A stretch of DNA of 37,099 nucleotides from a virus (Duplodnaviria > Caudoviricetes), in the IMG/VR virus record IMGVR_UViG_3300048576_000458, positions 1 through 37,099 of that record, one strand, 5' to 3'. The notes below the pieces were generated by a model, which was given only the letters and a program-made list of their open reading frames with translations, was not told where the DNA came from and made no database searches. Below, in pieces: positions 17,951-26,637 of the stretch (its first letter is position 1; every line of letters starts with the position of its first letter). A program made the position numbers and the translations under genes.

Positions 17951-18718
17951 TTAGTGGACGACGGTGCCGAGCGAGTAGATGGTCACCGCTTCCGACCCCG
18001 ACGTGACGTTCGTGAGCACCGCGAGAAAGCGCTTCGAGTTGTTCTGGGCGATCGTCATCGTCCCCGAGAGCGTCACGGTCGCGCCCCCGTCCTGTGCCAC
18101 CGTGATGGTCTCCGCCGCGTCGGCCGTGTTGCGGATGGTGAACTCGAAGGACACCCCGACCGCCGCGTTTGCGACCGCCGCGACGATGCTTGCCGCCGAG
18201 GGCACCGTGTCCGACCGGCCCGCGCCGTTCGGGTCACGCAGGATAAGACCTCCGAGAAGCATGGCGGCGGTCATGGCGAGAACGCCCGCCGTGTTGTACG
18301 TCGTCACCGTCGTGTGGCCGAGATAGGTCGAGAGCGCGGGCACCGGGCCGATGAGAAGGCACGATCCGAGATCGTCTTCATTGTCGGTCGGGTCGATCAT
18401 AATGGCTCTGGCCTTCGACAGGTCGGCGCTCACGTCGCGGCCCTTGCCCGCATCGACCGCAGAAACATACTCCAGGCCGATGAACGCGGTTGCGCCCACC
18501 GCCCCGTTCATCTGTATTTTCGAGCGGCCCAGTTCCATCACCACGGCGGCCTGACCCAGAGGGGGAGCGTTTTGGAGGATACCGATGGCGATCTCGGTAC
18601 CCGAGTCGGGACGGCGGGCCTTCCCGGTTGCGTCGAGGATGACGAATTTGTACTGGTCGGCGGTCAAATCCTCGGCCGCCTCGTAGCTTTCGAGCAAGAT
18701 AGGGTTTTCCGTTGCCAT
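17951..18718 (-). CDS. Capsid decoration/cement protein (DUF2190-like N-domain plus an extra C-terminal domain)
   Basis: ATG 18718 after AGGAGGAG; EAAEDL...YKFV...AIGILQNAP..GQAAVV...G pattern; lies between protease and capsid genes. Confidence 0.7.
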   Translation of the reverse strand: MATENPILLESYEAAEDLTADQYKFVILDATGKARRPDSGTEIAIGILQNAPPLGQAAVVMELGRSKIQMNGAVGATAFIGLEYVSAVDAGKGRDVSADLSKARAIMIDPTDNEDDLGSCLLIGPVPALSTYLGHTTVTTYNTAGVLAMTAAMLLGGLILRDPNGAGRSDTVPSAASIVAAVANAAVGVSFEFTIRNTADAAETITVAQDGGATVTLSGTMTIAQNNSKRFLAVLTNVTSGSEAVTIYSLGTVVH

Positions 18719-18719
18719 G

Positions 18720-19355
18720 CTACTCCTCCTTTCCCACGTAGTCGCTCGCGTACTCGGTCGCGAGTTCGGGGTGTTCCTTCTGCACTTCAGCGAAGGCCGC
18801 GCCATAGGTGAGGGCAGGCGACGTCTTCATCTTCTCCTTGATGAGGGCCTCAAGCTTCACCCCTGCCGCAGCCGATCCCCGCCCGATGTCCTTGTCCCTC
18901 GTCGCCACCTCGCCGAACTCGATCGACTTTGGAAGGGCGGCGAGGAAGGACTCCATGAACTCCAGAGGCGTCTGCTTCTTGCCGTCCCCGCCTTCCGCGA
19001 AGTCGAAGGTCGTCTCGATCCCGGTGAGCGCCTCGAGGAAGGGTTTCACGCCCATGCCATGCTTCATCATGCCCGGCGTGAGCCTACCCTCCTTCAGGAG
19101 CCCCTCGCAGAACGCGGCGATGCCGTTTTTGCGGCTCTCCGCCTCCCGGAGGCTCAACGCGTCTTCACGGTCTTTCAACGCCCTTTCCCTGGTCTTTCCG
19201 GCTTCGCTGAACTCGGTCGCCGCCTTCTCCCGTTCCTCCTTGCGCGCCTGGTCGATGCGTGCCTGGATGTCGCTCTCGCTGAAGGAGCGTGGAAGATCGT
19301 CGATCGTCACGCCCTCCTTCGATGCCAAACTCCTGAGCCATTCGACAAACTTCAT
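18720..19355 (-). CDS. Internal in-frame scaffold protein (Mu gpZ-like)
   Basis: Perfect SD AAGGAGG (19364-19370) 8 nt before the in-frame ATG at 19355, at the protease/scaffold junction. Confidence 0.65.
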   Translation of the reverse strand: MKFVEWLRSLASKEGVTIDDLPRSFSESDIQARIDQARKEEREKAATEFSEAGKTRERALKDREDALSLREAESRKNGIAAFCEGLLKEGRLTPGMMKHGMGVKPFLEALTGIETTFDFAEGGDGKKQTPLEFMESFLAALPKSIEFGEVATRDKDIGRGSAAAGVKLEALIKEKMKTSPALTYGAAFAEVQKEHPELATEYASDYVGKEE

Positions 19356-19793
19356 TTTCCTGTCCTCCTTTGGATTTTGTGCCGTGGATGGGTCGGCATA
19401 TTCCCAAACCGACGCCTCCGCGTCTTCGAAACTCACGTCCGGCAAGCCTTTCACGGCGGGGGGCATGGCGCCCAGGAAGCCAACGTGGCGAAGGCTGCCG
19501 TCCGGGTAGACCGAGATGCTCCGCTTCTTGAACAGGGTCCGCCTCACCATCTCCACGAACTCGGGGACGAGGTCCTTGGGCTTGGCGAGGAGGAGACTCC
19601 CCTCTCGTTTGAGCGCCTCGACCCACCCGTACGCAGGAGCGTTGTCCTGGGGGTGGCCGATGACGATCGGTGCCTCATGCGCCGAGGGATCATAGGAATG
19701 GACCATGCGGTCGAGATCCGCCTCCGTCCAGGTCTTCTCGTTGCCCGCCGAATCGGTGTGCGTGCCTGTTCTAAAAACCGGAAACCAGTCCAT
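18720..19793 (-). CDS. Mu gpI-like prohead protease/scaffold
   Basis: WFPVFRTGTHTD...APIVIGHP..NAPAYGWV...LRHVGFLGAMPPAVKGL, followed by a charged helical scaffold region. Confidence 0.92.
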   Translation of the reverse strand: MDWFPVFRTGTHTDSAGNEKTWTEADLDRMVHSYDPSAHEAPIVIGHPQDNAPAYGWVEALKREGSLLLAKPKDLVPEFVEMVRRTLFKKRSISVYPDGSLRHVGFLGAMPPAVKGLPDVSFEDAEASVWEYADPSTAQNPKEDRKMKFVEWLRSLASKEGVTIDDLPRSFSESDIQARIDQARKEEREKAATEFSEAGKTRERALKDREDALSLREAESRKNGIAAFCEGLLKEGRLTPGMMKHGMGVKPFLEALTGIETTFDFAEGGDGKKQTPLEFMESFLAALPKSIEFGEVATRDKDIGRGSAAAGVKLEALIKEKMKTSPALTYGAAFAEVQKEHPELATEYASDYVGKEE

Positions 19794-20291
19794 CTACTCC
19801 TCCGTGAGGTAATTCCCCAGCTCTTTCTTGATCTCGGTCCAGTCCTCGTCCTGCACCAGGAGATACGGCCGCGGCGGTATCCGCACCTTGCGGTTTCTTC
19901 CGGCCATGCCGCCGAACTGATGTATGGCGGCGTAACGCTTTGCGGTCCCTATCTCGACCCTGTCCGGATAGGGCCGAGCATTGATGGAGTTCATGAGGTC
20001 GGCGGTGTCGATGAGGGTCTTCTTGCTCCCGGCGTGCCGCTGAAAGGCTTTTCTCAAGGCCCCTTTCAGCGTGTACGCCTTTCTTCCCTTCCGCCTGTAT
20101 GCGCTGTAAATCGACCGTATCCTGGTCGGCGTCCACGCTTCGGGCCTCCCGCCTTCCTCGAAGTTCCTGATGATCGAGCTTCTTACGATCTCCCCGACCT
20201 CTGAGAAGAAGGGGGTCATGTCCCGTGCGCGGCGGCGCAGTGTTCCGATGACTCTGAGGGCTTCTTCATCGTGGAGGGTGATCGTTACCAT
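19794..20291 (-). CDS. Virion morphogenesis protein (Mu gpG-like)
   Basis: RNFEEGGRP..W, TLIDTADLMNSI, YAAIHQFGG and IPPRPYL motifs; ATG 20291 is 8 nt after AAGGAG. Confidence 0.9.
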   Translation of the reverse strand: MVTITLHDEEALRVIGTLRRRARDMTPFFSEVGEIVRSSIIRNFEEGGRPEAWTPTRIRSIYSAYRRKGRKAYTLKGALRKAFQRHAGSKKTLIDTADLMNSINARPYPDRVEIGTAKRYAAIHQFGGMAGRNRKVRIPPRPYLLVQDEDWTEIKKELGNYLTEE

Positions 20292-20303
20292 CGGCAATTC
20301 TCC

Positions 20304-20332
20304 TTGACAGAGGTAATACCTCGTGCTATAAC
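20304..20332 (+). promoter_or_regulatory. Near-consensus sigma70 promoter antisense to the late operon
   Basis: TTGACA (20304-20309), 17-nt spacer, TG extended -10, TATAAC (20327-20332). The spacer holds the dyad gaggta-a-tacctc. Confidence 0.85.
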
Positions 20333-20338
20333 GGGTTT

Positions 20339-20578
20339 ATGGAGACGATCTTCGACCATTCCTTGACCGATGAAGAGATGCGGGGCCTGCTGGGCGGCAC
20401 CGAAACGAAGACGGAGTATGTCCGCTTCGCAAACCAGGATTCCGTCAACGTGGATCTGTACCGCCTCTTCTCCAGGCGGGGCGATGAAGAGCGCGCCGAA
20501 GGTTACCTCTCCAAAGTCGAGGACCCTGATCTCCGGTTCAGCGCGTCCTATTCCGACCTTATTCTTCCGCAAGCATAG
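20339..20578 (+). CDS. Small acidic protein, candidate immunity protein for the MuF C-terminal domain
   Basis: 79 aa that fill the F-G gap, with their own promoter. ATG lies 6 nt after the -10 box, and the 3' end overlaps muF by 20 nt. Confidence 0.75.
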   Translation: METIFDHSLTDEEMRGLLGGTETKTEYVRFANQDSVNVDLYRLFSRRGDEERAEGYLSKVEDPDLRFSASYSDLILPQA

Positions 20579-21881
20579 CCTCCAGTGTCCTTGAGAATTC
20601 CGCAGGACTGTCTTTTGTGATTCGGCGCACCACCCGGTTGATCGTACCTTCCGGCCGTCTGCCCTCCTGGTGTCGGTGGAGCGCTCTGGCGATGTCTTCG
20701 AGCCGGTCCTCCCAATAGCCCTCCACGTTGATCTTCCTTAGATCGGAGAGGACGGCTTCCTCCCTGCAGCCGAGCCGCGCGATGAGTGACCTGATGTTAG
20801 TTACCCATGGCCCGTAGCCATAGCCTTTTTCAAGGACTTGCGCTTTGTGAGAAACCGCGCCGCCTAGTTTCTGCAGAAACTCCGGATAGGTGTGCCGAGA
20901 GCAGAACTGATTGACCGTCTCCATGAGCTGACGGCAGATGTCCCACTTCGACATATAGAGGTCGATGTGCTTCATGGCGTTGTGGTTCACTTCGTGCCAG
21001 AGAGACTCGATCGCGTACTCCTCATGGAAGGTCAGCTCTTTCCCCTTACCGAGCTTCGAAAGGGCGCTCTTGAGCTCAGTTGCTGCGTTGAAGCCGTTGC
21101 ACTGCCTGAAGCTGTGGCTGTACAGGCTGATGCGCCCCTGACAGTCGGTCGACATGAACGCCCGGGACGATCTCGACACTTCTATCCTTGGCGCACCCCT
21201 TTCGAAGAGACCGGGGTTTTCGCTGTCGAAGGTCTTGAGGAGCCTCTCGATGTCGGCGTAGGCACGTACAGGCACGCGGGCGGCAAGGCCCTGCTTCTTC
21301 TCCGGCTTAAGCGTGCGGCCGGCCTGGGGAAGATCGAGGGCCGGGTTGTGATCCCATCCGGCGTCGGCGACGAGAGGGCCGTCGATGGAGACCGTGAGCT
21401 TCTCCCGGTCCACCTCGGCAGCGGAGAGGGACCGGACCGTGCAGCGGCAGCGGTAACCGTTGGGCGGGTAGTTCGCGCTCCAGAAGGGATCGTCGTAGCG
21501 GAAGACCATGCCGTGGGCCGCCCGGTGGGTGGGCCTCGTGCGGCCGTCCATGACGGCGACATACTGCCAGTAAGGACGGGTGTCAACAGTCTGCATCTGT
21601 CGCGCGTAGTGGCCGGCCTGGTAGGCGGCCTGGATGTTCGTGCGATAGATGTTGTCAAGGCGGTAGGGGGCGAGGCCCGTCCATCCGCGCCGCTCCATGA
21701 TCGACCGGACCTCCTTCCGGAACTCGCCGTAGGCCGTGCCTTCGGCGATCGCCTTGCCGATCGACTTGCGGAGATCTCCGAGGACATCGTCCCTCATCAC
21801 GCCGGCGATCTTGAAGGCCCTCGCTCGGAAGGCCTCGATCGCCTCCTTAAAGGGAAGGGGACCCCAGGCGATGTCAGGCAT
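20559..21881 (-). CDS. MuF head morphogenesis protein with a C-terminal HExxH metallopeptidase-like extension
   Basis: MuF motifs RLDNIYRTN, YVAVMDGRTRPTH, YPPNGYRCRC and DAGWDHNP, then about 260 extra residues containing SLWHEVNH...METVNQ. Confidence 0.88.
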   Translation of the reverse strand: MPDIAWGPLPFKEAIEAFRARAFKIAGVMRDDVLGDLRKSIGKAIAEGTAYGEFRKEVRSIMERRGWTGLAPYRLDNIYRTNIQAAYQAGHYARQMQTVDTRPYWQYVAVMDGRTRPTHRAAHGMVFRYDDPFWSANYPPNGYRCRCTVRSLSAAEVDREKLTVSIDGPLVADAGWDHNPALDLPQAGRTLKPEKKQGLAARVPVRAYADIERLLKTFDSENPGLFERGAPRIEVSRSSRAFMSTDCQGRISLYSHSFRQCNGFNAATELKSALSKLGKGKELTFHEEYAIESLWHEVNHNAMKHIDLYMSKWDICRQLMETVNQFCSRHTYPEFLQKLGGAVSHKAQVLEKGYGYGPWVTNIRSLIARLGCREEAVLSDLRKINVEGYWEDRLEDIARALHRHQEGRRPEGTINRVVRRITKDSPAEFSRTLEAMLAEE

Positions 21882-23433
21882 CGAGGCTCCTCCCTTTCAC
21901 GTCCGCGAGGAAGAGCGCCCGCGCGAGGACCTGATTGAAGAGGTTGAGGTCCAGGCCTTGGTAGACTTCGGCGATGCGCCTCTCCAGGTCCTCGAAGCTC
22001 CTCGCCTCGTCCACGATGCGATAGAGGGGCGCCAGATCGAGGCCGCCCCTCGCGAGCGAGCGGTCCACGAGGGCATCGATGCTGCCCTGGGCTTCGATGA
22101 GGCCGTCCGCTCCCTCGGCGAACTTGACGGCGGGTCCCTTGGCGTCATCGGCTTTGTCGGGAGCTGCGGGGCTCTTCGGCGCCACGTTGAGCAACTCCTC
22201 GTCTTCCTGGGGCTCGGGAATGCCGTAGGTCTCGTAAAGGTACTTCTTGCCAACGGGCAGGCCCATGTCGACGACGAGGACCTTGTCGCGCTCCGCGAGG
22301 GGCTTCAAGTCCTTTTCCTGCTCGGTCCTGATCCACACCGTGGGGTAGGCGGTGACGCCCGGGAAGTTATAGTCGACGATCCAGCGGACGAGCTGACTGT
22401 TCTGTGCCTCGCATAGGGCGTCCGCGTCGGCCTTCAAGTAGTCCTGTCGCACCTCCTCGTGCGTTTTGGAGGCGGAATAAGAGCCCTTGTCGCCGATGTC
22501 GGAGGTAAGCGTCTGGCCGAGCATCACCTGGGCGATAGCCGCATTCCAGAAGTTGCACCACCCCTCGTAGGTGTTCACGGCCCCCGAGCGGGTGGCCTCC
22601 AGGAACTCCACGATCATGCCATCGGGCATGGTGATCGCCGATTCCTGCTGAATCGTCTCCAGGGCGGAGAGCAGCTCCTTCTGCTTGGGCTTCTCGGTAC
22701 CCGGAGGGTACTTGCCGACCGCAGTGGGAGAGGCGTACTTGTCGAGGTAGGTTGCCCAGAACTTGATGCCGTTCTTCTTGAACCAGACGGGCCAGTAGAG
22801 GATGCGACCGAGGCCGTCACCATAGGGGCTGCCGTTGTCGGACACGTTCGTATAGATGACGAACTTCCGCTCGGGGATCTCCTCGCCCTCGACCATGTTC
22901 TTGATGGTGAGGAGGCGCATCCGGTTGTCCGTGCCGAAGACGAAGCGGCGGGGAGACTTGCCTTTGATGTCCTTGACCCACACCTGCCCCTCGGAGTACT
23001 CCCACATGATCTCCGCAGGTTTGTACCCCGTGACGATCCCCGTGAGGAGCACCTTGCGGGCGTCGTCGTATTTGAACTTACCCAGGACCTCCCGGACGTA
23101 GTCCGCGATCTTCTGATCCTGCCGTTTCTCGGAGGCGGGAACGATCTCCCATTCCTTGCCCACCACCGCGAGCTTGCGCGTCTGGAGCGTGGAGCCGACC
23201 TTGTCGTCCCGAAGGAGGTCCTCGTAGATCTCGATGCCCTTACCGCCCGACTCGCTCTTCAAGACCTTGTCGGGGTTCGCGAGGGTCGTGCCGAAATAGT
23301 CCTGAAAGATGTCGTTTCTGGCGGTCGCGATCTCCTCGACGACCGGGGCTTGCCTTCCCCTTGCCGGAGACGTCTCGTCAGAGGCCGCGAACTCGCGAAG
23401 CATGGGTTTTCTTCTATGGGACCTTTTTGCCAT
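21874..23433 (-). CDS. Portal protein (Mu gp29/DUF935-like)
   Basis: GYKPAEIMW, PYGDGLGR..YWP..FK, MLGQTLTS and THEEVRQDYLKADA motifs. Confidence 0.93.
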   Translation of the reverse strand: MAKRSHRRKPMLREFAASDETSPARGRQAPVVEEIATARNDIFQDYFGTTLANPDKVLKSESGGKGIEIYEDLLRDDKVGSTLQTRKLAVVGKEWEIVPASEKRQDQKIADYVREVLGKFKYDDARKVLLTGIVTGYKPAEIMWEYSEGQVWVKDIKGKSPRRFVFGTDNRMRLLTIKNMVEGEEIPERKFVIYTNVSDNGSPYGDGLGRILYWPVWFKKNGIKFWATYLDKYASPTAVGKYPPGTEKPKQKELLSALETIQQESAITMPDGMIVEFLEATRSGAVNTYEGWCNFWNAAIAQVMLGQTLTSDIGDKGSYSASKTHEEVRQDYLKADADALCEAQNSQLVRWIVDYNFPGVTAYPTVWIRTEQEKDLKPLAERDKVLVVDMGLPVGKKYLYETYGIPEPQEDEELLNVAPKSPAAPDKADDAKGPAVKFAEGADGLIEAQGSIDALVDRSLARGGLDLAPLYRIVDEARSFEDLERRIAEVYQGLDLNLFNQVLARALFLADVKGRSLDA

Positions 23434-23564
23434 CTACCCTCGCCCCCGTATTTCGTTGCGAAGCCGTTGAGAATTGTTTGAGGGATACTTTCCCGGCCCG
23501 AGCCGTACGGAATTACGTTTCGGGTCCCGAAAAGCGATTGTGGGGCATTTTTGAACGAGGCGGA

Positions 23565-24881
23565 TCATCGGAAGTAGCCCCCCATCTTCGTGTGCTCCCT
23601 CGCCTGACCCGTCGACTGGAACTCGATCGGCGCCGCCGGCGTCGATGCCGCATGCGTGCCCAGGGCAGCAGCCCAGAAACGGTCCGCGTGGCCGTCTTCT
23701 GTCCTCTCCGCGTCGAACCGGATGTTGCCGGCGGCTGTCGTGATCTTCTTGACGGAGTGCAGGTCATCCCGTATCTCCCGGTCGATCGGAACACGACATG
23801 TCCGGTCTTCGAATCTCCGCCTAATGGTCACGGCCAGGTCCTCTTTCACCGGACCGGTGAACGTCACCGCTTCGACCTTCGATCCGAACCGCTCCACCGC
23901 TTCCTCGCCCAATTGAGTGCCAAGGCCGGTGGCGTCGATGCACGCCCGGCGGATAAAGGGCAAATGGGCGAATAGCACCTCCCGCTGGGTGGAGAACTTC
24001 TCCCGGAAGAGCTTCTTTACCATCCTCGTCCAGAGCACGTCCCCGACCTTCTCCCACAGCCAGATGATGGTGAGGTCCTTCTTGCGACCGATGTCCATTC
24101 CCAGGTAGTACTCCGGCCCGATCATCAGAGGGCCGGGAAGCTCCTTCGTGGCCTTCTCGTCCTCGCATGAGGTGATCATCTCGTAGGTGATATAGGCCGT
24201 GGCCTCGTCGACGAACTTGCACTCGTACTCCTGTTCCCATGCGTCCGGATCGTTGATGCCCGCGCGCAGTTCGTCGATGTTCCGGGGGAGGCCATCCGCC
24301 ACCGCCTGATAGATGTCAGTCGTGTGGCGCGACCAGCCCGTGCCCGCATCCGTCATCAACTCGTAGAACTTGTTGCTCTTGCCGTTGGGCGTTGATATGA
24401 CCCGCAGTTTGAGGCCGGGCTTCGAGACGAGGGGGAAGCACGCCTTCCAGATCCCGCGCGAGTCTTTGTGAAAGGCGAACTCGTCGAGGAGGAGGTTCGC
24501 CGAAAACCCACGGGCCGTGTCGGGGTTCGCCGGCAGAGCGGTAATCCTTGACCCGCCCGGAAGGACTATCTCTTGCGCCTTGACGTCGGGGTCCCAGTCA
24601 TACTCGTATGCCTCGAAGCCTTTCTGGTACGCGGCCAGGTGCCGCTTCACCCCTTCTTCCATGGCCTCTCTCGCCTGACGCTCTCCCCTCGAAAGGATCA
24701 CCCACCGAGCCCTCTGGTTTTTGGACTCCGCCTCGACGCAGTCGTCCGCGATCTCCAGGGTGCAGGTAAACGTCTTGCCCGACTGCCGGGACATCATGCC
24801 GATCTTGAACTTCGACTTGTCGGCGATCCAGTTCCGTTGGTAGCGGTAGAGAGGGACCGCAGCATTAGCCGACGATGCCAT
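23565..24881 (-). CDS. terL: Terminase large subunit (Mu gp28-like)
   Basis: SRQSGKT Walker A, LLLDEFAF Walker B, ISTPNG, GMDIGR, IDATGLG and GHADRFWA. Confidence 0.95.
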   Translation of the reverse strand: MASSANAAVPLYRYQRNWIADKSKFKIGMMSRQSGKTFTCTLEIADDCVEAESKNQRARWVILSRGERQAREAMEEGVKRHLAAYQKGFEAYEYDWDPDVKAQEIVLPGGSRITALPANPDTARGFSANLLLDEFAFHKDSRGIWKACFPLVSKPGLKLRVISTPNGKSNKFYELMTDAGTGWSRHTTDIYQAVADGLPRNIDELRAGINDPDAWEQEYECKFVDEATAYITYEMITSCEDEKATKELPGPLMIGPEYYLGMDIGRKKDLTIIWLWEKVGDVLWTRMVKKLFREKFSTQREVLFAHLPFIRRACIDATGLGTQLGEEAVERFGSKVEAVTFTGPVKEDLAVTIRRRFEDRTCRVPIDREIRDDLHSVKKITTAAGNIRFDAERTEDGHADRFWAAALGTHAASTPAAPIEFQSTGQAREHTKMGGYFR

Positions 24882-25386
24882 AAATCTCCTCTCTCACTTG
24901 GCGCAGGGTCTCCGCATCGATCTTGCCGGCGACTTTCTTCTCCACGGTTTCGGCGGCCTTCTTTGCTTTGTCCTTTGCTTCAGCCATCCACTTCTTCTGC
25001 GCGACGGAAACCCGGTTAAGCCGGGCGATCATGATCCCCATCTTGTTGAGATCAACTTTCTCGGGGTCGGGATCGGACATGTTGACGAGGACCTGAAAGG
25101 CTTTCTCCTGACAGAGGCGCGTGAGAGCGTCACCCATCACGCCCGCCTCGTCGTTCGCGGCCTCGGCGATCGCTTGGGCTTGCTCGGTCGCGACCTTGAT
25201 CGCGGCCAGGCGGGATTCGAACTCCTGACCGTAGCGGTGGAGAGAAGTGCGCGATATCTCGTAGCCCTGCTCTTCAAGCCAGGCGGCGAGGCCGGAATAG
25301 TCGGAGAAGCCACCTTTGACGAGCTTCTTGTCCAGGGCGGCCTTGACGTCGTCGGGCAGGGTGAAGACTTTCGAGCGAATCGACAT
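24865..25386 (-). CDS. Putative terminase small subunit (Mu gp27/DUF3486-like)
   Basis: RSKVFTLP...WLEEQGYEISRTSLHRYG...IYGI, immediately upstream of terL. Confidence 0.85.
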   Translation of the reverse strand: MSIRSKVFTLPDDVKAALDKKLVKGGFSDYSGLAAWLEEQGYEISRTSLHRYGQEFESRLAAIKVATEQAQAIAEAANDEAGVMGDALTRLCQEKAFQVLVNMSDPDPEKVDLNKMGIMIARLNRVSVAQKKWMAEAKDKAKKAAETVEKKVAGKIDAETLRQVREEIYGIVG

Positions 25387-25390
25387 CAAC

Positions 25391-25696
25391 TCACCATTGC
25401 TTCGGCCGGGCGATGCCGGGCTCGCAAGGCAGCTCGTACTCCACTACGTCACAGCCATAGCGATTGATTACGGCCACCCACACCGGACGGTCTCGATTGG
25501 TGATCTCGATGAGGTTCCGCTTTTCTAAGTAATCGAACGCCCGTCGTATCTCGGTTGCCGTGACATCAGGTATCTCCGGCTCCACCACGTTTCTCACGAG
25601 CGTTTCGGAGGCCCCGATGTCTTGGGTTCTGTGCAGGGTCGTCAGGATCAACCACCTGAGCGTTTCGCGTCTGATTTGCTCTTCTGCCGAAGTCAT
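25391..25696 (-). CDS. Mu gp26-like small winged-helix protein
   Basis: RRETLRWLILTTL...EIRRAFDYLE...G.DVVEY...PGIARP; synteny. Confidence 0.78.
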   Translation of the reverse strand: MTSAEEQIRRETLRWLILTTLHRTQDIGASETLVRNVVEPEIPDVTATEIRRAFDYLEKRNLIEITNRDRPVWVAVINRYGCDVVEYELPCEPGIARPKQW

Positions 25697-25998
25697 TGGG
25701 TTACCCTCACTTTATCTTCGATGAGATCGCGCAGGTGATCGAGCTTCGCGTTAATGGTCACTTCCTCCCGAATGAAGTCCTCCCGCCTCACATAGCACAT
25801 CGGCAGGTCCGCCTTCAGCTCCAGCACCTGGCGTTCGATGCGCTGATAGTCGTCCTTGACCGTCCCGAGGCTTTCGAGCTTCCGGTCGATCTCCGCAGCA
25901 TGCCGGGAGAGCATGGCCCGCATCACGCCGAGTATCATGAGGCTCCACGCGGCGATGAGCCCCGCGAGAAAGATGAAGAGAGGCCACTGGTCTTTCAC
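25693..25998 (-). CDS. Single-TM coiled-coil protein (Mu gp25-like position)
   Basis: GTG start overlapping the upstream TGA; N-terminal hydrophobic helix; LKADLPMCYVRREDF motif. Confidence 0.75.
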   Translation of the reverse strand: MKDQWPLFIFLAGLIAAWSLMILGVMRAMLSRHAAEIDRKLESLGTVKDDYQRIERQVLELKADLPMCYVRREDFIREEVTINAKLDHLRDLIEDKVRVTQ

Positions 25999-26330
25999 TT
26001 CATCCCCTCCAGGATGTGGCGCAGCTCGGACTGGCGGGCCTCGTCGAGGGCGCGGTTCTTGAGCAGGTTCCGCGCGTTCTCGGCGTCGAGGGTGTATATG
26101 CCGGGCTCGTGCGATCGCCACGAGACCGGGTAATACGCGGGAGGCTGAGGAAGGTCGGGAACCGTCGCTCGCACATACTCAGTCTTCGCTACCGCCGGAG
26201 CCACCGTCGAACATCCGGTTAAGCTCGCGAAGAATAGGATCGTCAGCGCGATCACCGGGACCAGCGTTGCCGTCCGTCTGGCGAACGTTCTCCATAGTGG
26301 GCTGTGCCGTAACACCCGGGCTTTTTTCAC
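25995..26330 (-). CDS. Putative o-spanin (Rz1-like lipoprotein)
   Basis: Hydrophobic stretch with lipobox LTGC and a Pro-rich segment; overlaps the 3' part of the i-spanin gene in another frame. Exact start uncertain. Confidence 0.72.
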   Translation of the reverse strand: MKKARVLRHSPLWRTFARRTATLVPVIALTILFFASLTGCSTVAPAVAKTEYVRATVPDLPQPPAYYPVSWRSHEPGIYTLDAENARNLLKNRALDEARQSELRHILEGMK

Positions 26331-26637
26331 GTGTGGCCTCCTTCGTGGGTGGCTGCAAAGCGTCTATCGCGCGAATCCTCTTGACGGCAGTGTCCTTGTC
26401 GGAAAGCCTCGCATTCGCGATCCCGTTCGCTGCCGCGATCTCGTCACGGAGATCCTCGATCGTGGTCTTGCTGACGGCATTGGCGTCCGTGCAGACCTTG
26501 AGGTCGATCGCCTGTTGTCGCAGATCGTTCTTGACCGCGCCGATCCGCACGGACTGGATGTACCATGCCCCCGCCGCCGCTATGGCCCCGACTATGAGGT
26601 AGGGCAACGCCTTCTTAAGGACGAACAACCAGGTCAT
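26179..26637 (-). CDS. Putative i-spanin (Rz-like)
   Basis: N-terminal TM helix followed by a coiled coil; located in the lysis cassette with an overlapping lipoprotein gene. Confidence 0.72.
   Translation of the reverse strand: MTWLFVLKKALPYLIVGAIAAAGAWYIQSVRIGAVKNDLRQQAIDLKVCTDANAVSKTTIEDLRDEIAAANGIANARLSDKDTAVKRIRAIDALQPPTKEATREKSPGVTAQPTMENVRQTDGNAGPGDRADDPILRELNRMFDGGSGGSED

Noticed and set aside
20285-20572. Minus-strand 95-aa ORF after muF as a conventional co-directional immunity gene
   Set aside because: It mirrors the plus-strand 79-aa ORF, which has a near-consensus promoter and more protein-like composition. Disfavoured, not strictly excluded.
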